64,000 nt of DNA from Elsinoe ampelina (Eukaryota). Location: assembly GCA_010093995.1 (NCBI GenBank), contig ML992510.1, positions 1 through 64,000 of the forward strand. Direction: 5' to 3'. The translations under genes and the position numbers were made by a program. Below the pieces are notes generated by a model. That model was given only the letters and a program-made list of their open reading frames with translations. It was not told where the DNA came from and did no database searches. Each line of letters begins with the position of its first letter. The first letter of the stretch is position 1. Below, piece after piece: positions 36,544 through 48,434 of this stretch.

Positions 36544-37777
36544 ACGGATGTTTTGACCACAGACACAACAAGTTTGCGGGTCGATACACCATATTAGCAG
36601 TCCTGACGACGAGACCCGCAAATTACGTTGCCTTCTGTCAGCCCCAGTGGATTGTTCCTCAGCGGTGTTGCCAGGAACTCCACCTCGTAATACTAGCGTC
36701 TCAAGGGCCTGAACAACTCGAGCCACGAAGATACAGCCGATCAGCCCTCGTTGTGGAAAGTTGGTCGCTCAATCGGATCGTTTCAAGGAACAACCGAAAC
36801 TGGCGAGCTTTGTTCCACCGATTCAGGTGTCTTTGAAACGCCCTCCTGACATGGATATAGATAGCAGAGTGGTTATAGCGCTTCGTCCAGGTTTCTGAGG
36901 CTCTACATTTTCAGATATCAACGTCGCAGGATCGAAAGGTGCTTTACCTGCACGCTCTGTCACTGCTCATTGGCTGTGCACAGCTCACTGGACATCCTGG
37001 ACATCCTGGATGGCAGCCAGCTCCAGTGACGCACATGAAGGGCGCGCTGTCAGAGCCGCCTTATTCGCTGGACACTGTGGTAGTGCCACGTCTGTGCCAG
37101 ATGGCAGGCGGAACAGATCATGACAGCAGCAAGGGGGAAGGTCCCCACTTGTCGTTGCACAACGAGGCATGTGTCGAGCACAATGTTGTATTCGCAAGCA
37201 CACTTTTACGTAGAGGACGTCCGGCGAAGTATACTTTGGCATCGAAGTAGCATTGTGTAGCATTGTACAATAGCTATACCCTCGCTAGTACAATACAGCG
37301 GTAGCTGACAAAAATTGCTCCACGCTCGCAAGAAATGGTTGGGATTCAGCACATGTCGTTGCCTGCAACCGAGCTTGTCGGGACGGCCCATTGCATACTA
37401 GAGCTCGATATGATCTGACCGGGATACCTCAAGTGGACCGTGGGTAGTCAGACTTGTGTCGCCGTGGTATGCCAACAATGCAAATGTCTCTGCTGGCGGA
37501 TGATCCTCCTGCCCGTCATTATTGTGCTCTTAACGAATCGTGGTCGACGGCGGGTCAGTCCGCACGTGTTTGCATGGTGACCACTTGTGGATCGTCCAAA
37601 GCTTGAAAACCACTTGCGCTGGGAAAAATTTCACTCTTTCTTTATCTGTAATCATTGACTCATTTTCTGTGCTGATCCGGTAACCCTGCCGTGCTGCATG
37701 TGAAAGGGCTCCAAAGGCTCCAATCACCACCGCCCTGCCAGCGAATAAACTGACATTTTTCTTTTCCTCCCGCCGCA

Positions 37778-38713
37778 ATGTCTGCCCAACCCGTCTCCTT
37801 TGCAGAGCATCCTCCGCACGGTCACCCTGATAACAAGGGCCCGAGCACTCAGAAGGACGACAAGCCTTCCACCGCTTCGCATCCACCTCCTACCAAGCCA
37901 GATCCCACCACCGCGAAGCCTTTTAGCAAGATCAACCCGCAAGGCACGACAGGACCAGGGAACAATGCCTCCCAAGGAAGACTCGCCGCCTCCCATGCCA
38001 CCGGTCAGTACTTACAACTCAAGCCCTGATAGCTCACTGACGAAAGTCCAGGTCCCGCCCAACTCGCCGATCTTGAGGTGAGGCTTCGGAAAGCCATCAG
38101 ACAATTCCCCGACTTCCCACAAAAGGGGATTCTCTTCGAAGATATCCTACCCATCTTCGCCAATCCCGCCCTCCACAACGACCTCATCAATGCCCTCGAG
38201 CTCCGAATCAAGCAATCCTTCCCTTCAACCCCCGACGTAATAGTAGGACTCGAATCTCGCGGCTTCCTCTTTGGACCTACCCTCGCAAACCGACTTGGAG
38301 CCAGCTTCGTGCCAGTGAGAAAGCAAGGCAAGCTCCCAGGACCCGTCGAGACCGAGGCTTTTGAGAAAGAGTATGGCAAGGACTATTTCCAGATCCAGCA
38401 GAGCGCTATCCAGCCTGGCCAAAAGGTCCTGGTTGTGGATGATCTGATCGCAACTGGAGGATCTGCAGCTTGCGCAGGTAATCTCACGAAGAAGCTTGGG
38501 GGAGAACTGCTCGGATATGTCTTTCTTATGGAGCTTACCTTCCTCAATGGCAGGGAGAAGCTGGATGCGCCGGTACATACTTTATTGGCTGGACAGGAGA
38601 GCAAGGAGGATGATATTGACAGCAAGCTTCCACTTGGACGGACGAAGGAACCCGCGGACGAGGTCAAGCCCGTACAGGACGCGGGTGGTGCTGCTGCAGA
38701 GAAGCGACCTTGA
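37778..38713 (+). CDS. APT1: Adenine phosphoribosyltransferase (intron about 38003-38051)
   Basis: FPDFPQKGILFEDI, VGLESRGFLFG, VRKQGKLPG, EKEYG, PRPP motif VLVVDDLIATGGS. Confidence 0.95.
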
Positions 38714-39054
38714 TTGATCACAATAGAGTAATAATAATATCGAGAACATCTTGAGCCAGATGATCGAGCTGCACGTGAAAGCCCTCGACCATCACCGAGG
38801 TTCAGCTTCGAATTCTATATCTGAACCTGATCCGTGAATAATACAATGCATGACAGACGCAGATATCCATCAACACGATTCACTACCCATTGGAACGTGT
38901 TGCAATGCCCCTGTCCAGCAACCACATCCCACCTTTGGCAAACATTTCCCACCCCCCACCAGCGGGGTTCCGAGATCGGCTAGCAACGGAACTGGCGGGG
39001 TCCACAGTCCATTCTCAACACCGACTCCATGTCGATATCTACTTTCTCCACCCC

Positions 39055-39819
39055 ATGTCTCTGATCCTGAAAAGAGCACCAATCCGCCTTTGCTCAACCC
39101 AATTGCTGCCACGCTCCTACACCTCGGCTTCCCGCTTCAGCACCACCCCCACCACCCTCAAAGCAGCAATGGAAAAGATCTCCACCACCGACGCCGCTCC
39201 CCCAGCTGGGCCTTACGTATGTCTACCTCCTCTCCATCCTCTCCCTCGACTCATCCTCTCCACAACGGCCTAATCCCACACTTGATATCCATCAATTACG
39301 AACACCCCATCCTTCCACTACCTTCTGTGCCTTGTCCTTCGCTGTCCTTCACCCCCCCCCTTGTCCCCTTCCCTTACCCTCTCCTGCTAACCTGCAGCAA
39401 AGACCCAAGCAATCAAAACCACCCCCTACATCTACGTCTCCGGCCAAATCCCCGCCGATAAAGAGGGCAACCTCGTCAAGGGCTCCATCGCCGAGCAGAC
39501 GACCGCATCATGCGAGTCGGTCAAAGCCATCCTCGCCGCGGCAGGGAGTTCGATCGACAAGGTCGTCAAGGTCAGTCCTTTTTTCCCCTTTCTTTCCCTC
39601 TGCCGCCGTGCCCAATATGCTGCTATATACATTGCTGCTGAGGGATTTGTCTCTGACGAAGTGCAGGCGACCGTGTTCCTCACGGATATGGCCAACTTTG
39701 CCGAGATGAACGGGGTTTATGAAAAGTATTTTGCTCATAAGCCCGCGAGGAGCTGTATCGCCGTGTATCAGTTGCCGAAGGGGGTGCCGGTTGAGATTGA
39801 GGTTATTGCGCTCTCGTAG
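39055..39819 (+). CDS. RidA/YjgF imine deaminase (Mmf1/Hmf1-like), 3 exons, with mitochondrial-type presequence
   Basis: PPAGPY/TQAI...YVSGQIP...KVVK/ATVFLTDMANFAEMN.VY..YF.HKPARSC.AV..LP.GV.VEIE. Second in-frame ATG at 39169. Confidence 0.92.
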
Positions 39820-40097
39820 AGAACCACCGACGGATGCAGCACATAGATGGCTGGTAAATGGCGCGAATGAAAAGTCGTGCTTGAGAGGTTGTATCCATTG
39901 CAGCTGTCTATCTCAGTGTACCGAGCCTTGCCGCTGTTCTATTCTGATTACTCCGTGACCTGAGTCGCTTCCCGATCGCTAATCCGAAAGCCGGTCTATA
40001 CAAGCTTCCCTGGCCTTTCGCGATGCATAAACACACCTTGCACTTGCCATCAGATAGTACCCAGCACATTGTCGTTCCTTCTCGCGGACCGTGGCTT

Positions 40098-43000
40098 CTA
40101 CTTCCCAACATCCAGACCCCTCCGCCTCATCCCCTGCCGGAACATACTTCCGATATCACCCCCCTGCGACCCCTTCTTCGCCACCTTGCCCCTTCCCACC
40201 GCTTCCCCGCCTCTCTTCCTCTTCCCTTTGACAGGCTTGCCCTCGTCCTCCCCCTCCAGCTCCGCGTCAGGGTAAAGGGCATCCTCATTCATGCTCGGTG
40301 CTTCCCTCCCGCTTCTCGCTCGACGGGTGCGGGGACGGTCTTGCCATTCTTCTTCCTCCTTGACGTCTTCCGTTTCAGGTGAAGGGTCTTTGGTTTCTTC
40401 AGGCTCGTCATCGTCCTCGGTGGTGTCGTCATCGCTGGCATCGGCCGTGCCGTCGTTCTCGAGTTGCTGGTAAAACATGTTCTCGACCTTCTTTTTGCCC
40501 TCGTCTTCGCCGTCGAAATTGGCGTCTTCGATGCCCTCGGTGGTGTCGGTCTTATCGCCATGGACGGCTTCGTCGAGGCGGAGCTTGATCTCTCCGAGTT
40601 GAAGGATGGTGTGCTCAATCGTGCCCTTGGTCACGAGGCGGACGACTTCGACTTCTCGTTCCTGACCGACCCGATGGGCGCGGTTCTCGGCCTGAATTTC
40701 GTCCTGGGGATTGAAGCCTCCTTCGAGTATGACTACTTTGTCCGCCGCGGCGAGGTTGATACCTGCGCCGCCGGCCTTGGTGGAAAGCATGAAGACTTTG
40801 ATCTCGGTGTCGTTCGTGAAATCGTCGATGAGCATCTGGCGCTCTTCCATCTTGGTTGATCCATCAAGTCGGACGAAGCGGATGCCTAGTGTTGACAAGA
40901 CGGCTTCGAGGATATCGAGCATAGTTGTGAATTGGGAGAAGATCAGAGCGCGCGAGCCATTCTCGATCCAAGTAGTAAGCAGATCGCGTAGTACGGGGAT
41001 TTTGCCGGACAGCGTCATCCACTCTTCGTTCTGCAGCGTGAAGGGCCGCGGGATGTAGTCACCTCGTTCATAGCAGAATTTGTGCAGCCCAAAATCGCCA
41101 CCCTTGAGATCCTGAGTCAAGTACTTCCATACCAGCTCCGGCGGATTGTCCCGGAATTCAGACCGACGATCTTTGATCAGAATGTCTTGCAATTCGCGGA
41201 GACGTGCGTCGGTGTAGATACGTCTCAGGAGAAGAGGATGAAGAGCCGCGAATCGTAAGGAGGTCATGTGCACCGATTGTGCTGCCGCAGCTGCTTTGCG
41301 TACCTTCGCAGGGACTTTGACGTTCGCCTCGTGCTCGTCGCGGGCCTTCTTAGCTTGCCGGACCAACTTCCGCCACAATTTGGCTTGCTGCGGGGCCATA
41401 TCGCAGTACTGCACGCGACGAGTCTTTGCTGGCAGAATAGAGAGCACCTGTGCCTTCTTGCGGCGGAGGATGAATGGAGTAAGCATAGCTCTCGCGCGCT
41501 GAATGCGTTGCGTCGATAGCAGAGCGGTGTTGGATGTATCTTTTGTCGTTGCCTTGTTCTTGAAGATGCTCCTCAGGTTATCGGATGCGTCCTGGAATAC
41601 CTCAGGCATGATGAACCCAAGCAAAGAGATCAACTCTTGTAAGTTATTCTGCAAAGGCGTTCCAGTGAGCAAAAGTCGAAATTCAGGCCTGATCCTACTG
41701 AGCTCCTTGTGTCTACTAGAATCCGCATTCTTCAGCATATGTCCTTCATCGAAGACGCAGACCCGTGGCTGAACTCTCTTCCTCAAGAACTTGTTGTCAT
41801 CCTCCTTGGTGGCGATGTCGTAAGTGGTGACAATCACATCGATATCATCGATTTTCTCCTGGATCTCGACGCGGGCGTCTTCCCTCTCGCGTTGCGATCC
41901 GTAGTAAGCTTCTACTGCGATGGCTGGGCAGAAGCGCTCAAATTCGCGCAACCAGTTCTCAATCGTAGATCCAGGGACCACAACAAGGTGGGTGCCATCG
42001 GTGCCAGTCTCTTTCAGATGCGCGAAGAATGAGATGACCTGGCAAGTCTTTCCAAGACCCATATCATCGGCAAGAATACAGCTGAGCCGCTTCGACCATA
42101 ACAAGTTCAGCCAATTGAGCCCTGTGACCTGATAGTCCTTCATTGTTAGATCCTTACTCATATTCTCCGGCTGCTTGAGCAAGGCAGTGTGAGAACGCTT
42201 CTTGACAGGTGAAACAATAGCGTCGTCTTCGGCGAGGCTCATAGGCGTACCAATACCGGAGTCGTGGGGATCATCCAGCTTGGTCATGTCTAGCTCGCCC
42301 TCTTTGGTTTGTCCGTGGGTCCACTGCTTCATCGTTTCTAGGATCGGCTCGCCTCGCTTCTTGCACTCCTCCACCAGCTTGTCCACTGCGGCGTATCCCT
42401 CCCACATCTCTTCGCTGACGTCGACAACTTTCTCACCGAGGTTCTTCTTTGTTCCCCGCTTGCCAGTCTTCGTGGTAGTTTCTCTGGTAATGCCGCGAAC
42501 TTTGTCCAAAGAAGTGAATGGGCGCTCAGCCAGGATAAATTCCGCAACGTCCAACTTCTCGTTTGCCAGATCAGCCAGTGCGGCCGCCGAACATTCATTG
42601 AAGAACTTCAATAGGGATGTGTTCTCCGTACTGAATTCTGGCTCTGGCTCGGCCGCAGAATCGTCGGAAGAAACGTCCTGTGCAAGATCGATCCCCTCAT
42701 CAACATCTTCTTCAGGTTCTTCTTCAACCTTCTTACGCCCCTTCATCAATCTACCGCGCTTCTTGACTGCAGGAGGCGGCGAAGAGGTGATGAGCTGTGG
42801 ATCTGGCCTCTTGACTGTTCTATTGATGTCCGACTTCGCCTTGTTGTACTTCTCGCGCAAAGACTTGTCTGCGTGCACGACATGCTTCATCTTGGGTGCC
42901 AGAGGCTGCAACAAACGTCTGTCGCTCTCGATGTCTGACGAAGCCAGATCGATAGGATCGGAAGCCTTACTTCCACTCCTGTCATTCGCATCCCCGTCAT

Positions 43001-43967
43001 CAAAGAGATCAGCACAGGCGTCCTCGAAATTGCCCTTTTTCTTAATGAGGGCATGATACAATTTCGAGACCGGCATGCCTGGTACAACACCCTGCATGCG
43101 CTCCACTTTACTCCGGACAATGAAATCTTGAATGTCATCCAGGGTCATGTCGTCTATCGGCTGCGCTTTGGCAGGCCCTGCCTGTCTTGCAGAGATCGGG
43201 CGTGGTCTTCTTGAGGCTGAACCATACGCACTTGACATGTCGTCCGCAACCTTGTTGTACGCGAAGCGACCGAGGTTAAGGCGGTCACCGGTGCTCTCTT
43301 GGGAATCCGTATTCCGGCCTGTACCACCACGCACGAAAGTGGTTGACCTGATGCCAGCATTCAAGTCGTCATCATCGTCGTCCGAGAGGGGAGCGATAGG
43401 CGGGTCATCGAAAGCAGAGGCAAGATCCTGTGAATGTTGCGTAGTCTGTGAAGCTGGACGGATTTGTGTTCTTGTTTGCGTCGCAGCTGTACCTGGCCGG
43501 CGAAATGCAGTCCCGGGTGGTGCCATCATTGATGCAACTGGCCGTGCAGGGGACGGCTTCAGAGGCGATGAAGCGAGGACCTCTACCTCAGGGGACGAGC
43601 GTGGATGCAAGGGCCTTGCCAAAGGTTGTGTAGGTTGGGTCTGAAACGGCACCGAGGGCTGCAGTGAACTCATGGTTTGTGCAAAGATACCACCGCCTGT
43701 TTTAGCCTGTGTTGGACGCATTGATTGCGATTGCGATTGCGATTGCGATTGCGATTGCGATTGCATCTTCTGTGGTTGACTGCTAATGGGCCGCTTGTAT
43801 TGCGAGAGTGGCTGCGTTGGTACTGTCTGGTGGTCATATTCTTTGAACAGCTCATCCGCACTGTCGTCGTCGGAGTGGTATGTAACAATCTTCTTTCCAG
43901 GCTGGGTATAGTCTAGCCTTCTCCTTTTATGTGGGGTTCCCTCTGAGATAGGGTCGCTGTCAATCAT
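40098..43967 (-). CDS. SNF2-family chromatin remodeller, Fun30/SMARCAD1-like
   Basis: ILADDMGLGKT, DEGH, LLTGTPLQNNL, FSQFT, LSTKAGGAGINL, QAENRAHRVGQ; CUE-like segment. Start taken at MIDSD (43967), uncertain. Confidence 0.92.
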   Translation of the reverse strand: MIDSDPISEGTPHKRRRLDYTQPGKKIVTYHSDDDSADELFKEYDHQTVPTQPLSQYKRPISSQPQKMQSQSQSQSQSQSQSMRPTQAKTGGGIFAQTMSSLQPSVPFQTQPTQPLARPLHPRSSPEVEVLASSPLKPSPARPVASMMAPPGTAFRRPGTAATQTRTQIRPASQTTQHSQDLASAFDDPPIAPLSDDDDDDLNAGIRSTTFVRGGTGRNTDSQESTGDRLNLGRFAYNKVADDMSSAYGSASRRPRPISARQAGPAKAQPIDDMTLDDIQDFIVRSKVERMQGVVPGMPVSKLYHALIKKKGNFEDACADLFDDGDANDRSGSKASDPIDLASSDIESDRRLLQPLAPKMKHVVHADKSLREKYNKAKSDINRTVKRPDPQLITSSPPPAVKKRGRLMKGRKKVEEEPEEDVDEGIDLAQDVSSDDSAAEPEPEFSTENTSLLKFFNECSAAALADLANEKLDVAEFILAERPFTSLDKVRGITRETTTKTGKRGTKKNLGEKVVDVSEEMWEGYAAVDKLVEECKKRGEPILETMKQWTHGQTKEGELDMTKLDDPHDSGIGTPMSLAEDDAIVSPVKKRSHTALLKQPENMSKDLTMKDYQVTGLNWLNLLWSKRLSCILADDMGLGKTCQVISFFAHLKETGTDGTHLVVVPGSTIENWLREFERFCPAIAVEAYYGSQREREDARVEIQEKIDDIDVIVTTYDIATKEDDNKFLRKRVQPRVCVFDEGHMLKNADSSRHKELSRIRPEFRLLLTGTPLQNNLQELISLLGFIMPEVFQDASDNLRSIFKNKATTKDTSNTALLSTQRIQRARAMLTPFILRRKKAQVLSILPAKTRRVQYCDMAPQQAKLWRKLVRQAKKARDEHEANVKVPAKVRKAAAAAQSVHMTSLRFAALHPLLLRRIYTDARLRELQDILIKDRRSEFRDNPPELVWKYLTQDLKGGDFGLHKFCYERGDYIPRPFTLQNEEWMTLSGKIPVLRDLLTTWIENGSRALIFSQFTTMLDILEAVLSTLGIRFVRLDGSTKMEERQMLIDDFTNDTEIKVFMLSTKAGGAGINLAAADKVVILEGGFNPQDEIQAENRAHRVGQEREVEVVRLVTKGTIEHTILQLGEIKLRLDEAVHGDKTDTTEGIEDANFDGEDEGKKKVENMFYQQLENDGTADASDDDTTEDDDEPEETKDPSPETEDVKEEEEWQDRPRTRRARSGREAPSMNEDALYPDAELEGEDEGKPVKGKRKRGGEAVGRGKVAKKGSQGGDIGSMFRQGMRRRGLDVGK
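43723..43764. repeat. (GATTGC)7 microsatellite encoding a (QS)n tract
   Basis: Seven perfect hexamer copies inside the Fun30-like ORF. Confidence 0.9.
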
Positions 43968-44468
43968 CTTGACTTGGTGTGTCCTTCTCACATATGTTTT
44001 GGGAGTTCCAGCTTTTGGTATCCCGCGGGCCTGTAGTATTGCATGCGCAGGCTCCAAGATAGGTGTCGCGGTAGGTTCAGAACATCCTGGTAAGTTAAGA
44101 CAGTTTTGTGAAGGCAAATGTGCGGTGTATGGCGTGAGTGTGTAGTGATTGTTGATTCCAAGTGAGACTGGGCTGTTGGAAAAAGGGCCCTCTCCTCTTG
44201 AATTCTGACGTATTTTTCGGGGTTGCTGTCGGCGCGCCGCGAGCGCGTCAAACCAATTTCAGCCGCATTGGGACTAGTCTCAAAGGGTCTGGGCATTGGA
44301 GCATCAGGACTGCACGTGATGGATGGTGGATCTTCACAACCTCGAACGATCAAGCCCTAACACAGGATAATCGACATCACTGCGAAAGCTCCCAAGACAA
44401 GACACGAGGATACCGCAGCGGCACTGACTGAGCACAACCGGAAGCCACTCCCTGTCTAAGCCGCCACC

Positions 44469-45059
44469 ATGGCCACCCAACGGCGCATCATCAACGCAGA
44501 GAAGACACATCTTGATGCAGACGAGCAGCCGGCGAAGTCGGATATCAAGCCCGCTGTACCACCGTAGGTCAAACGATACGATCAATCGTCAAGGAAGCGC
44601 TCATGCGACCTAGCTCCGTCATCATCAAGCTACTAGGCTTCACCTTTGCCATGGTCACATTCCCCATCAGCGCATACTTCCTAACGAGAGACTTTCTCTT
44701 CTCTGGTAGGTCACCCTCTTCTCTCCACGACGCGCTTCTATAGATCGGATCTTCCTCCATCATGTTCCTCCTGCTCCGCCTCCCCTTCTCCTATCGTCCC
44801 TCTGCCTTCCTTCGAGCTTCCCTTCATTCCTTGATCTTCTCTACTCCTCATCCCCCCCGTTCTCGTCTCTCTCTACTCTTAGGCGTCCCTGGCTGGTAAT
44901 TACCCAGCTGACCAATTCCAAGGCAATTCCACCTTCGCCGGAGCCACCGCGGCAGTAGTGGCCAATGTAGTCCTCATCGCCTACGTCGTGGTAGCATTCA
45001 AAGACGACGCCTCGGAGCGAGCGGAAGAAGAGGAAAAGGAGAAGAAGAAGAGTCGGTAA
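44469..45059 (+). CDS. VMA21: V-ATPase assembly factor Vma21, 3 exons (absent from the ORF track)
   Basis: Spliced product MATQRRII...PAVPP/SVIIKLLGFTFAMVTFPISAYF...FSG/NSTFAGATAAVVANVVLIAYVVVAFKDD...EKKKSR*, with a KKXX ER-retrieval end. Confidence 0.92.
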
Positions 45060-45613
45060 CGACCTCTTTGTCACGATTCATGCCGGATTAGTAAGTGGGC
45101 AGGCGGAACTAAGGAAATTCGGGTCCTTGGTTGAGCCTAGAGGTTGTGGTAAGGACGAGTAGGCAACGGGAAGAGAGATTGGCAGACCACTGACGTGATT
45201 CCACGGTCTCATCCTCGTCGCCAGCTACAGGGCACGCCACATCGCGCATATGCCCATCACGTGGCACATCTAGGAAGAGAAATAAGAGCATAGCATGATC
45301 CTATCTACTGAATGCGTGCCACCAAGCAAAAAACGGGGCAGCAAGTGTCCTCCATACCAAGTTCCCATTCGTGCAGTCATGTATATTCTCCCCATCCTCC
45401 GCCAATCTTCCCCCTCCACCTTGAAGAATAGGTCGATCTCACCTCCTCCACAACAAGTGTTCTCCCGTTGTAGAGACATTACTACCCTCAGGACTGATGG
45501 ATATGCGGGTCAAGAATACAATTACCCCATGCCCTCTCCGCCTCTCCCCACCTGTTCGTCATTCGAGGCAGTTTCTCCCACCCCATCCGACTTCACCTGC
45601 CATCTGCCATGCT

Positions 45614-46939
45614 CTAGTTCTTCTTACTGAACCTCCTCCCCAACCAACTCTGACGCTTCTCCTGCTTCGGCGTCGCATTCGAGGGCAACGACCCTCCCTG
45701 ATGCGGGATGTGTCTGCCTTCACCACCGCCACCACCACCCAGCTTGATCGGGACTCTCGGAGGCTGCGCTTCAGAATGCTGCTTGAGCGGAGATCCGTTC
45801 TGGCCCTTTGGCGGTGGGGCTGGTGGGAATCCGTATGCATCCGTCTCCTCCTGGATGGTGGTGCTGCCGTTACCGTAGCCGTCGTGCATGCTGTAGTTGT
45901 GCTCTGGGCTTTGGCCCTTTCCGTTGTTGCCATTCGCGGCTGCAGCGCCGTGGAGACGCTCGAAGGAGCTGTTTTGGCTGCTGGGGTCGGTCGAGTTCAT
46001 CCAGGGACCGGTGCTGTCGCTATTGTTGGTCTCGTATGAGCCGTTGTAGTGGCCGTATTGTGGACCATTGTAGCCTGGTCCTCTGCCCATCGCTCCTTCT
46101 GACATGCCTCTGCCGAATCGCTGACGGGGAGGGGGAGGTGCGCCGCCGTAGTTGTCGTACTGGCTATCTGGTCGGTTGTAGTATCCTGACATGCCGTTAT
46201 ATCTACCACCATTGGGACCGCCATGGCCTGTAGTATGTCAGTCTATGTGGTACCATGTTTACTGCTCGTTACTGACCTCCCATGTAGCTGCTCCTCCTGC
46301 TGGCATGGTGATGCTGAGGGTGATCATATTCGGATTCTGCGGCTTGTCAGGAATGCTCCACAGGTATGACTCAGTATTCTTACGTGATCTCTGATGTGAA
46401 CGGCGACTGTATTCTCCATCAATTGCCTTCTCGAATGACCGAATCGTGTCGAGTGGTCGCTCCCATCTCGGACGTGTGGGATTGGAGAGGTCAGGCTCGG
46501 CTTCAACGGTGTCAGCGGTCTTTCGACGTCAAGCTATTATAAAACTCACCAATGGTATTTCCTTGCGCATCTTTCGCCTGAATATTCCTCACGGAGTCCA
46601 AGGTGACCTTTTCCATAACATTGCGGGCTCCATACAAGTCAGTAACAGAATCACGGATTGCTACTTCTACAGCCATGATGTGTGTGCGGGATGTCGTCGG
46701 AACCAGCGGGGTGGTAATTAGGATAGCAACTCACAAGCTGGCTGCAATTCTGAGATTGCGGCATTGGGATTCGCCTTTGATTCTCCTCTCAGAAATGAAT
46801 CGCGCCTCTCCTTCTCAGCCCGCTCGGCGGTCGACACTGGGCCATTGCTCTTATCGGACCTGACTGAGAACGAGCGAGATCCCGTGCGTGGTCTGCGACC
46901 GCCGGGAGAGACGGGGGTCTGTGGGTCGTTGCTCTGCAT
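45614..46939 (-). CDS. DUF2406-family fungal protein, 4 exons
   Basis: KANPNAAISELQP...KDAQGNTI.EPDLSNPTRPRWERPLDTIRSFEKAID, basic C-terminus EKRQSWLGRRFSKKN. Confidence 0.85.
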
Positions 46940-48434
46940 AGCGCTGGCCGACGGAGATAAGGATGTGAGTCGTAGAGTGAGAGACTGAGACGGTGATTAA
47001 TTAGATGGCGGTGGTCGTTGAGCGAGCGACGGGTGTAGGACGGTGAGTGATAGATGTTGGTGATGTAGAATGAAGAAACACGAGTCCGGAGAGGTTCGGC
47101 AGAAAGGTGAGGAGCCTGTCTGGAGCTGCAGCTCTTTTGCGTCGTGGTACGAGTACAGTAGTGCTGAGTTGCAGCGCGGCGACGAGGCACAGCCCGATGG
47201 ATTAGACGTGGGATCGGAGACAGATTACGCGTGCTGGACAAGCTTTGCACCTAAACCCGGCTAGCACGAGAAGAAATGTCTGGGGGAGGGCTCCCGGCCG
47301 ATCAAGGAAAAATGGTCAGACCAGGACGAGAAAAGTGGCTGAAAGGGCTTCTGGTTTGCACAAACTGCTTTGAGACACTGCGAGGAGAACCTTGAGGACG
47401 AGATGCGAGTGGACAGCGGCGAGTGGAGATGGCGGGGGAGCACGGAAAATGCAATCTCTGGCAGGGACGTTCGTGGGATCGCTCTCAACATTCTTCGCAT
47501 GTGTCTCTCAATCAAAAATGGCATTTCTGCCCTTCTCCTTTTTTTCTTGACACAGAACGGCTATCCTAGTCCTGTTCCCCAATGGTGAGGCGTCAAGCTA
47601 AACCAACTTTTCCCACCAGGTGTCAGGCTCTTCGGACCTCCGCAGGTGTTGAAGCAGAAGGTGGTGGTCAGCGGTAGTTTGTACACGGCTGGATGAGGTG
47701 CTCCCGCGTCGTCCGCCGTGTGCCGCCAGCGAGTTTGCGACCTGATCGAAGCTCTGTCGTCGCTGTTGCTGATCAGCTCTGGTCGCAGCCAATCGTCCTC
47801 GTTGTCTCCTGTCGTTCGGCGTCGGAGCGTTGCAGATCAGCGCATCTGGTCCCCACCGGTGAAAGCAGAGTTATGTCATTGCTCCGATCTGATTTCTCGT
47901 GAGAGCAGAGCCTCAACAACGTTATCGTTCCGAACAATGCAGCCGGTTGTCAGATACCAGTGCCTCGAGTCAGAACATGCAGGGCTGGCAGTATATTATC
48001 TGGGTCCTCCTGTCAATTCTGGATCTGGTTCTGAGGAGTCGCCCGGACCAGCCACGGAGCAATTTATTCCCTGCCTCCCCGGCTTTGCCCCTATGGCTAC
48101 CCGACATTCTCCCTTACCACTGCTCGAGCAAGCCGAGCCCATCCATCCACTGCTGCAAGCCATCAATGCTCAAGCAACTCATGCAACCACGTGATGAATA
48201 TGCTCAAGCACTCAGCACCACTTCACACGGAGAAAGAATTGAAAAGGTGAACAATTATGATTCTATATCCCAAAGTCTATACGTAATTTACAAGAAGCGA
48301 ACCTTCATCCTAGCCAGTCAATACCAGGCCACCACCATTCCACCCGTCGACAAAATTAAAAGGTCATCAGCAATTTCGTATCCATCGCGTGTGTCCCGTA
48401 TCATGTACAATCTCTCCCTCCACCCGCGCGTACT

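Noticed and set aside
36985..37285. Short tandem repeats (CTGGACATC x2.5; GTAGCATTGT x2)
   Set aside because: Too short and low-copy to exceed chance slippage; no TIR or TSD.
8738..39850. Cryptic peroxisomal signals by stop-codon read-through (malic enzyme, amidase, APRT, RidA)
   Set aside because: No TGA-CTA context and no SKL-like end in the read-through frames.
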